A DNA stretch of 64,000 nt from Rhizodiscina lignyota. Lineage: Eukaryota. A program made the translations under genes and the position numbers. Below, piece after piece: positions 1 to 12,156 of this stretch. How positions within the stretch are numbered: position 1 is the first letter of the stretch; each line of letters opens with the position of its first letter. The stretch is from NCBI GenBank assembly GCA_010015805.1, contig ML978128.1:496001-560000 (forward strand). Reading direction: 5' to 3'. The notes under the pieces are model-generated. The model saw only the letters and a program-made list of their open reading frames with translations, was not told the DNA's origin and searched no databases.

Positions 1-76
1 AGGGCGCCCATTCAATCAGGTCGTACCAGATGTTCAACTGATCAGACCACCGACACAACTGGACACCCGTCGCCAT

Positions 77-1384
77 TCACACGCTTCTCGATCTGATCAC
101 CCACTTCTGGTCACCCGATCCTCGCCCTCTAACTTTCATTTGTTCCTGGCAGAGTACGAGAGGCCTCTGGCACGTTTGCACCCACTTATCCACCATGGTC
201 TTGTACTCAAGTTCAAGAGCCGCAGCCGCGGCGGAAAATGCCTTGATATCACCGGCGTCCTGGGCTTCCCAGGCGAGGAGCAGGTTCTGCTGTATTGGAT
301 GGAGAGGCGTGCTGTCGTCGAGGCGGATCTGTATGTCCCTTCCGTATCGAATCTGCCGGACCCATTGGCGCACATGCGCCCACTCTTCAACAAGTGGAGA
401 AGGGTCGGTGCACTCTGATGATGCCTTCATGATCGAGAAAAGCTTCATCAAATACGCCAACCCCTTTTTCGGCTCCGCCCCTGTCTCGTAAACGAAAATG
501 TCCGTTTCGTCAGATAATGGCACGCGTCGTCCACATGGCCTACCTGATTCATCCACACAAACTGCTCGTAAGTCTTTCGCCGTCTGATCATCAATTTCGT
601 GGACGCATAGACAGTTGCCCGCATGGATCCGGATGTCTTGGACCCCCCGGATTCTTTTGAATGGGTGGAAGTAGTACTTTAAGATCTTCTTGGAGGGCAG
701 CTCTTGAAAAATCAGGACTATCCGTCTCTCACCCATGCGAGGACGATTCAAAGGGCCCACGAGCCGGCTCATGCAGTCTCTGAGTCGCCGCTGTTTAGTG
801 TTAGAGGGGTCATGAAAAAATCCCAGATAGTCCAATGATGGGGATGAAAAAGTATCAGATGTGTCCGGGTCGGTGTGTTGCCCCACTCTCCCGACTCTAG
901 GGTCCTGGTCTGGACCGTTAGGATCGGGTGGATCGTCGGGAAAGCCGAGTCTGATATGGATGGTTTTGAAGAGCCTCACATAGTCGAGCAAGTTTGGGCG
1001 CGTGACTTCCTGGTCCTCTGAAATGCAGCCTTGAAGACCACGCCATTCCGTGTCGCCACTTCCATCATCGAAAGGCCCAGAATAAGGCTCGATCTCCATT
1101 GCAATGGTACCATAGACCAGACCCATAGTTTCATGATGGATCTGTTTATTGACAGCCATGATCGACGTATGGCATTGTTGCTTGTCGCGTCGCCAACGAA
1201 CCACCCCTTCCTTTTCGACCCCATGATAGGGTGGGATAACAGGAAGGTCGGGAAGTAGATGACTGTAGATATGAAGTCGCAATTCTACCGGAAGCCCCAA
1301 AAAACCGGGTAAGTGATCTCTCTCGATATCGGACGAACCTGCCTCAGGCGAAATTCCTGGTGTTTCGAGAGGTTCGAGGGCCAT
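77..1384 (-). CDS. Hypothetical protein with N-terminal F-box-like motif (FLGLPVELRLHIYSHLL)
   Basis: Long single ORF; likely start Met86 of the track ORF (ATG at 1384), shortly upstream of an 'FL.LP.ELR..IY..LL' motif typical of fungal F-box-like orphans. Confidence 0.65.
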   Translation of the reverse strand: MALEPLETPGISPEAGSSDIERDHLPGFLGLPVELRLHIYSHLLPDLPVIPPYHGVEKEGVVRWRRDKQQCHTSIMAVNKQIHHETMGLVYGTIAMEIEPYSGPFDDGSGDTEWRGLQGCISEDQEVTRPNLLDYVRLFKTIHIRLGFPDDPPDPNGPDQDPRVGRVGQHTDPDTSDTFSSPSLDYLGFFHDPSNTKQRRLRDCMSRLVGPLNRPRMGERRIVLIFQELPSKKILKYYFHPFKRIRGVQDIRIHAGNCLCVHEIDDQTAKDLRAVCVDESGRPCGRRVPLSDETDIFVYETGAEPKKGLAYLMKLFSIMKASSECTDPSPLVEEWAHVRQWVRQIRYGRDIQIRLDDSTPLHPIQQNLLLAWEAQDAGDIKAFSAAAAALELEYKTMVDKWVQTCQRPLVLCQEQMKVRGRGSGDQKWVIRSRSV

Positions 1385-2517
1385 TGCCGGCACTACACGA
1401 TCGGAGATCATCGAGTAAAAGGGTAAGAACCTGAAATATGATGCAGCGCCTGCCGATTGATTCAGAGTTGTATGTTTCTTGTTTGAATGGCAACTGAAAA
1501 GCGTCCTTTCGCTCACATCAAGTATGCTTGCTGCCTGGTACTGCTGTGCCGCCCCCGCCTTCCGGCTTGAAAGAGCAAAGGCTGCACGAATGCACATTCT
1601 CGGAAGTGCCGAAATAAAATAATAAGTGAGAGTCAACATTCAATGTCTCTCTCTTGATCTATAGTTCCAAGGTCTCAGCGTTTCGTCTTCGTGTTCCAAC
1701 ATCTTTTGCCTTGCTGGGGCCATTCTCGGCCTCTGAAGGCATTGGAATGCCATCGAGAGACAGCACGGAGGTTCTTCGGCCATTCCACAATGTGAAGGCA
1801 GCTTCTACACTCCAAGGCCACCGGTAGATGTGCTTTCGAAGATGACTGTCTAGTAATTAATATGTAGCGTTAAGATCAATGTACTAGTCAACCTATCTCG
1901 ATATATCATCCTAAGATATTGACGGTCCCACTAGATCTGTGCGACTCGACATCTCGGAATATTTCAACATCAGGTACTCCGTATGCATGTAACTAGCAAT
2001 GAACGCCATCATCTTCATGGCCATTGTTGTCGGAGTAAATACAGATCATCGCCGTTGGACCTTGCCGGTGCACAGACCACTTATGATAATGAGCGCCCAA
2101 TCTGATTCGCTGGCGTCGCTGCCACGTCCACGCGCCACGTGGTGCCACTCCCTCTACGGAAGCACTGGCCAACCCCTCATATGAAAAGTTCCGATTTGTT
2201 TACACTTTGAATCCTCACCAAAACATCACCCTTCAAAGCTGTACCCTTCTTCGTGTCGCTGTGCATACCCAATTTCGACCCATCTGCTTCGTGTACAAAC
2301 TCGATTTTACTGTTTTGATTACTTAAAGCAAGCATTTCGAGCCCTCAATGGCTGTCTGAACCTGCTGTTTACACCACAGTTACCGCCCACCTCTCGCTTC
2401 GTCCTTTCTGTTTCAACCTTTTTCTGTTGACGACGTGTTTACAGAGTCAGCGGCCTTCGCCCCTTGGCTCGCGCCTGTGACAAAGCTCGTGAACATATAC
2501 ACGATCCTGACGGCATC

Positions 2518-3777
2518 ATGGTCTCCATCAACTTTTCTCGCAAGCGCAAAGCAGCATCGCCCCCTCCGACAAATGAATCTCGCGCAGATACAATCAGTAC
2601 GGCGGACTTCGATGCCCTATCTGCAGAGCAGCCTTCCAAGAAACTCAAACCCTCCGCGAGGCCAATTCTAAAAACTCCGACCAGACTCCACCGAGTGTCG
2701 AAGTTCAGGGAGTTCACGCCGCCCAATGCCTTGCAGTCAGTGTCACCATCGAAACAGTCAGCACTCGAGGCACCTCAAGCAGCAACAGAAGGCAGACACC
2801 TTCGCCACAAGTTCTCTTTCTTCAAATTGACTGCATCACCGACGAAGATATCTAAAACTCGGGCTGCTGCAGCGACACTTGAAGAGGCTCCCAAGTTCAC
2901 AATCCCAGCCACTCGGGCGCGATCATCCTCCCCGTGGAAGAAGTCTAAAGAACAGAAGCCATTGGACGATGGCGCACGTCGCCCATCACCCGAGGAGCTT
3001 GCAACTAACAGACTGATGACCGCTCGCATTCATACTCCGACTCGGTTGAAGAAGTCCAAGGCACACAACCCGTCATTACCTGCGACACAAACAATGCCAT
3101 CTGAAGAAACTCCCAGGGCCAGACCCACCACAGCTCACACACGCACACCGTCTTGGCTGAGGAAGGCCGCTGCGCCACATAAATCAACGTCCGAGACACA
3201 CCCAACTGCATTCGAAGGGAACTCCGAACCCAGACCTCACACACGCGCATCATCTCGGTCGAAAACATCAACAGCATCAGCAATCAACCCGTTTAGGCCG
3301 TGGCACAGAATGCAGACAAGGAGGCAGGAGCAAGAGCAACTCAGGCTGGAGGAAGAAGAGCGCGTAGCGAAGGAGACAAAGGCAGAAGCGGACAGAGCAG
3401 AGGCATGGAGGCTGTACGAGCAATTCAAGGCGAGCGGAACCATCAAGGTCCATTACTGCGGCCCTAGGAAGCCATGGGCTAAGCCCACATCGACGGTGGA
3501 AGAGGAGGGAGAAGAAGAGGAGAAACGCGACTCGGCGATCGAGGTGGTCAATGAGGAGCCGGAACCAGAAGAGCGCAGCTTCCTGATTGACCCATCGAGT
3601 GACGATGAGGTCGCAGCCATACCCAAGCCGGACTTTAGAAAGGCGCTCGAGAAGCATCGGCACAACAGCGAGGACGAGATAGTCACATGCACGCCAGACG
3701 GGATCAACATTCCTCCAGTCCCAAATGTTCTGGCAGTAAGTAAAGATAGCTTTGAATGGCCGGACGACTGTTTCTGA
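2518..3777 (+). CDS. Hypothetical low-complexity basic protein (Ser/Pro/Lys-rich, acidic C-terminus)
   Basis: ~420-codon ORF from ATG 2518; NLS-like RKRK; pyrimidine-rich upstream region; no recognisable domain. Confidence 0.6.
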   Translation: MVSINFSRKRKAASPPPTNESRADTISTADFDALSAEQPSKKLKPSARPILKTPTRLHRVSKFREFTPPNALQSVSPSKQSALEAPQAATEGRHLRHKFSFFKLTASPTKISKTRAAAATLEEAPKFTIPATRARSSSPWKKSKEQKPLDDGARRPSPEELATNRLMTARIHTPTRLKKSKAHNPSLPATQTMPSEETPRARPTTAHTRTPSWLRKAAAPHKSTSETHPTAFEGNSEPRPHTRASSRSKTSTASAINPFRPWHRMQTRRQEQEQLRLEEEERVAKETKAEADRAEAWRLYEQFKASGTIKVHYCGPRKPWAKPTSTVEEEGEEEEKRDSAIEVVNEEPEPEERSFLIDPSSDDEVAAIPKPDFRKALEKHRHNSEDEIVTCTPDGINIPPVPNVLAVSKDSFEWPDDCF

Positions 3778-4180
3778 TGCATTGCGCTCACCTTTTCTTC
3801 GTAGACGCTCGAGGGCTTGAGGAGCTTCTATTAGACCCTTTCGGGCATGGATTCTTTTTGAGGGGTTCCAATCGATCTTGGGTGTTCGAGCCCAAATGGT
3901 TTACGAAATAGCGGAGGTGCGCGGCGTTGTTTTTGTATCTTAACGAGAAATGCAAGTACGAATGTTTGTTTGACTATTGTGTGTGAATTGAATGCGGTCC
4001 TCTTGTGCTTCATCAGATATGTTGTCGCTCTACGTAGGAACTGTACAACGCTGTAAGGAAGCTCAGCATTCGCCGTGCCAGGAGTTGTTTCATGCCTAAC
4101 GAATCCATTCTAACTCCATTGCAACTTTTCTCCAAGTCTTACTACTCCTGTGCAGAGGGAGGCCTGTATTGAATTGAATT

Positions 4181-4287
4181 TGCAGCGGTAGGATTCGAAC
4201 AGATGTCTACCATCTTGCTGGTTGCGTGACCTTGCAGGTTCAGTATATATGCATCAATCATAGCCTTGGCTCAACTTTCATCGCTAT
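4181..4287 (-). pseudogene. Possible degenerate tRNA (Leu/Ser-like) relic
   Basis: Minus strand ends GTTCGAATCCTACCGCTGCA (T-loop/B-box plus acceptor-like 3' end); putative 5' end ATAGCGA pairs only imperfectly; D-arm and anticodon arm not convincing. Confidence 0.25.
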
Positions 4288-4912
4288 TTATGGAGGGTAG
4301 CAACAGCTACCACGGACATAACGTGCCATACTCAAGCCTATTACTGTATCTTAAGGCTAAGTACCAAGCATGCCTAACACTTTTTGGGTAACTTAGCTGC
4401 TAGGTTTGGTACGGTCACGTGTGCAATAGCCTATTAAGGGGTAACGTAGCAATCTCGTAAGGTATTACATATGCTCACCACCATTGCGCACGGATGCACA
4501 CCAATTCAACTCCCTCTGTTCTCTAAGTCTCACCACCACTGTGCACGGATACACGCGTGCTGTATTGAATCCAAGCGAGCGCTTTGATTGGCTCAAAGGC
4601 CTGCTCAAAGCACGTGCACAGACTTATGGAAATCCACGTATTTGACGATATGTATCTATTGAGCGCCAAGGAGAAGGGCGAGCGAGCCAAAATAGGAACG
4701 TCAAAACACTGACAAGAGCGTGGGATCACGTCTTTTATCAGTACGTACTATAGTAATCAAGGGATTTTGTCATCAAAGGCACAGAGAGTTGTGAAATTCT
4801 ATTTGCATTTGGAGTGGTGCGACGACCGCCGTCGCCGCGGGTATCTCAACTTCTATCTACGAGACCGTTGGAGAAGTGGCATGCAGAATGGGCCCCCCTC
4901 CCTCGCCTCCGC

Positions 4913-7583
4913 CTACATCTTCTTGATCTCCAGCTCCAGGCCCTCCACCGCCTCATTCTGCATCCACTCCTCCAACAGTCTCACCCCCGCCCTCACCCCC
5001 TGCACCGGAGTGCTATCCTGCCCAATGGGCAACCAGAACTTTCCGCCAATGGCGCTGTCCCCATCCGCGGCGCCTAGGGGGGGCTTCTCTGCCTCCGCCG
5101 CCCTAGACGACCACGTGATGGGGAACAGCCCCATTATCGTGCCCACGCCCAGCTTGATCGACGCCTCCCGAACACACCGGTTGAGTTCGTTCCAGTTTTC
5201 CATGATCAGGGTGTGTTCGGGAAGCGCCGGGAGCACCGCGCCTCCAGTCGCCGAGGGGGTTGGCGTGGGAGCATCCTGGCTCGCCGCTCGAGCTCCGCTC
5301 CCAGCCTTGCTCCTCTCCTCGCGCTGGACGACGCGGATGCGTTCCGAGATGATGTTGCCGATAGCGCTGCGAATGAGGACGCCGAGATGATAGACCAGGC
5401 CTTCGAGATGGGGGAATGCCGTGCATCGGTGCAGCTGATCTCGCCAGTACGGGAGCAGGCTGAGCCAGCTGTTGCTGAGCTGGCAGGGCCTCCTCTGCAT
5501 CCGAGCCGCACAATCCTGCCAGTGGAATGCAAGGGTATATGCGAACAAGGACTGAACGGCCAGAACGGCAGCCTTCTTCCTGTCTTCCTCAGTCTTGTCT
5601 TGCTTCTTGTCGATGTCCTGAGCCTCGTGCTTCAACTTGCGGCCGAGCTGGTTGTGGTTCTTCGACATTGACATCAAGAGCTCGCTGTCGTTGGGCTTTC
5701 CATTCGGGGCAGAAGTGACCTTGACGCCGACGGGGGTGCCTCCAGTAGCTTGGGGAGTGTTCGTGCTGCTCTCTGATGTCTTCAGGTGAGGGGTCGAGGG
5801 GCCTTTCAGCTTGGCTGGCTTGTCGACATCCAACGCCGTGCCCTCCTTGGTGGCTTGCATCGGCGTGGCCTTCTTCAAGCTTTCCATCGTCGTGGCCTCC
5901 TTTGCGGCTTCCACTGACGCGGGCATTGTGCCATCCTTCGCCGCGGCTTGGTCCTTGTGTCGCTTTGTCACGTTTACCAGGTGCTCGTCTACGGGGCGCT
6001 TTCGCTTCCCGAGCATTGGGGCCTCTTCCTTTTGGCGCTTCGGGACATTCTCCTTGGTACCATCCTCCTCGTGCTTGCTCTTCTCCAACGGCAGCTTCGG
6101 TGCACCTTCCTTGCTCTTCTTCCCGGGCGCGGCAGTTGCCTTGACATCGGTATCGGCCTTGACGTCGGTATCGTCCTTGACGTCATTGTCGGTCTTGTGC
6201 TTCATCTCTGATACTCGCTTGTTGTCCGATCGGAGTTTCAATAACGCGTCCACCGTCTTTCGGTGCTTCTTCGCAATCTTCAATTTGACAATAAGTTCAT
6301 TTCTACTTTTGGGGGGACGTTCGGGTGGACGGGACTGCTGGGGTCTTCCTTCGGAACTTACAACTTGTCTCGGTTGGAGGTCAGCATCATCAGCCGATCT
6401 CTTCGTCTTGGTGGAAGTGGACTCGCGGATCCCGGGGACATCAACCATAGCATCTCGGGCTGGGGTACCAGGTCTGGCAAGCTTCGCGAGTGGCTTCGCG
6501 ATTGGTTTTGCGGGTGCCTTTGCGGATGGCTTTGCAGGTGGCTTCTCTGCAGACGACGGAGCAACCGACGATGGAGCACTCGAATTGCTCTTGTCGTGTT
6601 CAGCCTTCTTTGATGCCAGCGCGGTCTCGATCTCTGGCGGCAGGGTTGGTGACAGCATGGGAGGTAGATCATGCGGTATCGAGGAATGGTGGAGCGGCGA
6701 CTGCAATGGTGGCAGGCCGTGCGGGTTGCTCGCGGAGTGAGCATGTTCGGTCGCCTTGACCGGAGGTTCAGCTGTTCGGGCTTTCTTTGCTGGAGGTGGC
6801 GTGGCCTCCTTTGCTTCTAACTCATCGGCCGGAAGTTCGAGGGGTCTGAGATGGGCGTCAGTAGTGGGAGGGAAATTGCAGGGAAAAAAATTCGTACCGC
6901 TTGGTTACCGCTGGCTGCGGTGCAGTGTTGCTATTAACGGTAGCGGCATGAATAGTTGCAGCTGGAGCGGCAGCAGCGACAAGGGGAGTAGCACTGCCAG
7001 CGGTGGCAGCAGTGCTGCTAACATCGATATCAGAGCGGCGGGAAGTGAGGCGTGCATGGTCCGAGAAGCGGTCGTTCTTCTTCACTCCGTTCATTGTCGC
7101 GTGCTCCTTCTCGTCGTCAGTTCCGAGCGATGGTGTCTTCTTCCTAGCCAGCTTGTTCGCGTAGTCGCTCAACGAGATCTTCTTCTTCGGGCCAGTGCTC
7201 GCCCTCACACCTGGGCTGCTGCTCACGCTGCCTGTGTGCAAGCCCAGGCGCTCCCTGCGCTCGCGCTCCAAGTCGTACTCGGTTTTGACAATGAAGATGG
7301 TGTCGTCCGCGTCGGGCAAGACGAAGGTCTGGTGCTGGAGGTGCTCCTCGTGAGGTTCGAAGGGCGTGTTCTTGATCCAACGTGCCCCGTCGTCCGGGTC
7401 GGGGTTACGATAGCTGGTGGGGACGGTCAAGATGTAGGGCTTGCCGCCGTTGATTACTTTCTTGATGACTTCGTATGAGGCGTCGAGGGCCTTCAGGTCA
7501 TCCAGATCTTCGGCCGACAGGTTGGTGGTACTGCTGGTGGTGGTGTTCTTTGGGGGTTTGGTGTTTGTATCTGGAATTGACAT
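4913..7583 (-). CDS. Ebp1/AFF4-like (ELL-binding, super elongation complex) nuclear protein; intron 6846-6897
   Basis: Two ORFs join in frame via a GTACGA..CTGAC..CAG intron; PYILTVP and KKKISLSDY motifs; Lys/Pro-rich linker; helical C-terminal domain (GRKLKHEAQ...SLFAYTLAF) resembling the AFF/Ebp1 C-terminal homology domain. Confidence 0.6.
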
Positions 7584-8514
7584 TTTGATGCCAGAAGAGT
7601 GAATCAAGATTGAAGGTCGGGTCGCTGTTGCTGTGCGAGAAGCTTGGAAGCGGGATTGGAAAGCTGGTGGAAGCAATTGAAGAGAGTCGTGGAAAGTGTC
7701 GTGTTCGGTGTTCGAAAGTTGAGACTTGAAGGAAGAGGAAGTGGGGAGCGTTGAGCTGGGAAGTTTTTATAGAACGCGGGTGGTGGGGCGCGTGGTGTTG
7801 TGAAGGAAAAAGCCTATTGTTCTCATGTTAGTGGACAATGGCGCGGAAGAACTATTCGGCCTGGCCGATGAAGCTATTCACAGAATACACCGGAAACTTG
7901 CTCACCCGCGTGTTGTGAATGCTATCGCAGCGGCGAGTTGGCACCTCGACACCTGGCCAAGGCGGGCATTCACATGGCGGCGGCGGCCATGCGATGCGAT
8001 GCACCACGTTGCTGGAGCGCACCGTCGGCGGATAGAGGTGTCGAGGAGTGTCGCCGCGCCCTCGTGAGCAAGAGGATGGCGTTGATATGGCCTTCAGCAG
8101 GCGATGCGCAAGGCCGAGCGAGGTGGTGTAGGTAAGCAATGCCGGATGATTTCATTGGGTTTGTGATCGCACGCCACGCACAGACACCCGCAAGGCTGGA
8201 TGCTGCCCGTTTTGAACCGGCCAGCTGTAGGCGTCGCGCCACAATTTGCTGGAGGGCGACACGCAAACAAGACGCTGCAAATGTCGAATTGCTTGACGCT
8301 GCCCGTCAAACTCCCAGACAGCGCAATTCCGCAGCAGAGGCAGCGTGACACGCGTTCGCCTGCCGTGCCAAACTGGCCCTGATGGCTTCCTGATGCGGCA
8401 GTCCGGCCATCCTTGCACGCTGCAGAGGACCCTTTTCGGCACCAAGCGACCCGCCTGTCTCTATCCTATATATTTCCGACAATTGGGTGGCTTGATGCCA
8501 TCCAACTCGCCGCC

Positions 8515-9977
8515 ATGCTGCCCGACGAGATCCTTGCCACCTTAAATGATCGATATCCGTGTCGAGAACTGCAGATTCGAAGTCTCGCTGCGCTCTACCA
8601 TGTGAGCCTCATCCGCAGGCATTGCTCCTCCACCCGCCGCTCTCTAACAGTAGCCACAGCAAGAGATATCCAGCCCGCCAACGCTGGTGATCCATGGACC
8701 AGATGCGACTGGCAAGTCGTCGATCGTCAAGGACGTTCTGAGAGTGTCAGCACTCCCACACGCCATTGTAGACTGTCGCGAATGCGTGACCGGACGACAT
8801 CTCCTCGAACGGACTGTCGCGTCATGTCTCGACGCGTTAGACGCGTATTCAGATACAAATTTCGACACATCCCGATATTCCCGATGTGAGAACATCAGCG
8901 CACTAGCTGTACACCTGCAGACGATACTGGAAGGCAGGAGGCAGTTCGTCTTGGCCTTCGACGGCATCGACAAGCAACGAGAGCCTCCGCCAACTCTGTT
9001 TTCTGCGCTTGCTCGGTTTGGGGAGATTGTTCGTATAATGACATCTGTAGCATGTTCTGATGGACGTCTAATAGTTACAGATTCCTAACCTATCAATTAT
9101 ACTGACCGTCACCGTCGCAAGACCCCGTCAGCTCCACTCTCCAGGCATCCCACACCTCTACTTCCCCCCTTATACTCGTGATGAATCAATCCGCATCCTC
9201 GGCCTCGACCCGCCAGCAATCTTCACCCGCGCCATCTCACCGTCTATGGACTACACTGAAGAGGAAGCTCTCGAGGACAATGCATGGGTATGGGGCAGGT
9301 TCTGCGGAGTAGTCTGGGACTCTCTCGCCAAAGGGGCTGCGAGAGATATCGTAAGCTTCCGAGCTATCTGCGACAAATTATGGAGGCCGTTCGTCAGTAG
9401 CATTGACGATGGCACGTTCGGTACGCGCGACTTCTCGCGGCTCATGGTCGCGAAGAGGGGATTATTCCAGGGCGACGATGCGCTGGTGGACAAGATCATT
9501 CCCAAGACCGCCGGCGAAGGGAAGAAGGCTACATCTCACGCTCTTCGCGATCTGCCATACTACTCCAAGTACCTCCTCTGCGCTGCATACCTTGCCTCGT
9601 TCAATCCAGTGCGCCAAGACCAAGTCTTCTTCCTGAAGAGCCACGAGAAGAAGCGGAGGAGGAAAGGAGGGGCCGTCACGACCGCACGAGCCTCAAAACA
9701 CCGACGTATACCTCGACATCTTCTCAATCCATCGCCTTTCCCCCTAGATCGTTTGCTTGCAATTCTGCACGCCATTCTACCCGATCCACCTCCGCAGGTC
9801 GCCGACATTCAGACGCAGATCGCGACTCTGACCTCTCTTCGACTGCTGCAGCGGACCGGCGCATCGGGCGATGTGCTGGATCCGGGCTGCAAGTGGCGCG
9901 TCAACTTTGGTTGGGACTATGTTCAAGCTGTGGGCAGGAACGTGGGGTTCGAAATTGCTGAATGGGTCTCAGAGTGA
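8515..9977 (+). CDS. ORC5: Origin recognition complex subunit 5; introns 8602-8659 and 9029-9080
   Basis: N-terminal YPCRELQI; Walker A HGPDATGKS; LAFDGID; C-terminal LPYYSKYLLCAAYLASFNP and PFPLDRLLAI typical of ORC5. Confidence 0.93.
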
Positions 9978-10036
9978 TGTGATCTAGCATGATACACAAA
10001 TTCAAAAATTTAACATTTCTAAAACGTGTGGATATC

Positions 10037-11255
10037 TCACAGTTCCTCGTCTGTTTCATCATCATCATTATCCGCTGGCGCAGCGATAGGCTCTGGCGGC
10101 GCTTCCGGCTTCTTGCTTCGCAGATCCTTCCTCGTGAATGGAAGCTCTCTCGGCGGTGGAGGCTCTAAAGCCTCCTCTGACTGCTGGGGAGGACCCTTCG
10201 CAGGAGCTTTACCCTTTGACCCTAATGGCCGCGGTGGTGGTTCTTCCTCATCTTCATCTGCAGTCTCGTCGGACAACTCTGGGGTAACTACCTCACGGAC
10301 CTCGTCATCATCCTCGTCCTCGGCTTCGGCCTCCTGTTGGTCTACATCCATCTTGCTTGCGGCAGCAGTCTCAAATCCATCCGAGTCTCCATCCTCTGAC
10401 TGAGCCTTTTCGACCTTCCGCTTTGATCTTCGGGACGAGGCAGGCTTCCGACTCTCTGAAACTTCCTCTGCTGTGGGGGCGGGGTCAGCCAATATCGAAC
10501 TTCATGCGGATAATAGGAAAGCAACTTACCTCTCGAGGAGTCGATTTTGGCACCGGCGAGCAGTCGCTGCTGATCCCTAATCTTTAGCTTTTTGCTATTT
10601 AGCAATTGCGTGAACTTCTGCAGCATCACATCCTCTTGCTCCTGTTTAGCTTTGATAAAGTCTTCTAGCTGAGCATTGAGCTTCGTGATAGTTTCCTGCT
10701 GCTCCACGAGCTTGCTGCGCAGAGAAGCGACGGTCGAGACAGCGTCTGCTGTTGCTTGCGCAGCAATTCCTGCCCAGTCGAGTGGGCTGATTTCCTCTTC
10801 GTCATTTTGTGTGAGCGTAATCGAGCCAAGGCGCTGCGTAATTCCGCTGATGTTCTTCCGCACAGTAATACTGATCTGTCCATCGCCTCCAACTGAAGCG
10901 ACGGTTTCGACGGCCTCTACCAATTTCGCCTCCGCTGTTTCCGGTGCCTCGAGGAGAAGGGCCCATTTCAGCACAGCTTCCCATTCTGCGTCGGTGCCCT
11001 GATAGTTCGCGGCGCGGAGCTTGCGCACTTGCGATTGCTTGACTATAGATGTGATGTTAATCCCACGTGACTTTATGTTAGAAATGCTAATGAAATGGGC
11101 GTACCTGTGCCTATGAACGGATATTCTCCCTCGGTACCAACGATCCTGAGATCAAGAGCATGAGAGCCGGTCCTTGTGATCTTCAGAAGAACGAAGCTTG
11201 AGTCGTCGTCGGACGCGTCGAGTCGGCGCACGCGTAGCACGCGCTCGTCTGCCAT
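10037..11255 (-). CDS. XRCC4: XRCC4/Lif1-like NHEJ protein; introns 11043-11104 and 10471-10529
   Basis: Beta-rich head (LDLRIVGTEGEYPF, ITQRLGSITL), coiled coil with KFTQLLNSKKLKIR ligase-IV-binding-like segment, acidic disordered tail ending DETDEEL. Confidence 0.75.
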
Positions 11256-12156
11256 CGTATGATGTCAGGAGGAGTGTGAAACCTGAATTCTGGCCGGACC
11301 ACGCTCGAAAGTGAGCGATCGTGAGGACCCTTTGGATCGAGACGAGGTGACAGTGATCGGGAAAGTGCAAAATTCGCGCCCGAGCAAGGTGGATCGTAGC
11401 TTAGGATGTTTGACGTTAGGCAGGGAATCTTAGAATGTTTTATGCAAGAGACGCGTCTGTGGCGGACGGGACTGGGTTGTCCTGAGTTTCTTGGTGGGGG
11501 ATCACTGGAGAATCTCAGTACACCAGCCTGTCTCTGCAATTGACGGCGTAGGTGTAAGTGCGGTGCCTCGAAACTCCTGTAATACGGAGAAGTGTTCACA
11601 GGCATTTCTGAAGACTCTTTGCAGCGTTGCAGCCTAGATGGAGAGCTGGGTAGTCACAGTGATAACCCTAACCCTGGCCATCCTTTTATGGAAAACCCAG
11701 CCAATAGGTAGGAGAGCGGTTGGCAGAGGTCGCAGGCAGTTGCCAGCTCTCGCCAACTGTCGCAACTTGTAAGCCGTCCAAGGCAGAACGCACAGACTCT
11801 GGGCCACCTGTCGCGTGTCCATATCTCTCACAGCGGTCTCAGAAATCATCCCACGGCGTCAGAATATTATTTTGCGCGCTGGGCACGGCGATTCGAGCGT
11901 CTACGTTTCGCGTCAAGAGCGCGAGAGAGCGCAAGAGCGCGGCGGGGCTAAGGCTGTAAGCGGCAAGGCCCGGGCGCACTAGCCCCAACCTCCTTCCAAC
12001 CAGCGCTCTCCGCCTCGCTCTTCTTCTTCCAACCTCACCTCAAACTTTCCACCTTTCACCTACCAACCCGGCTGCGACTCACCAAAAATCCCGGAAACCA
12101 CGATTCGACTACTGTAGACGGAGGAAGCTGCGCGCGGGCAGCAAGAAGAGGAGAAG

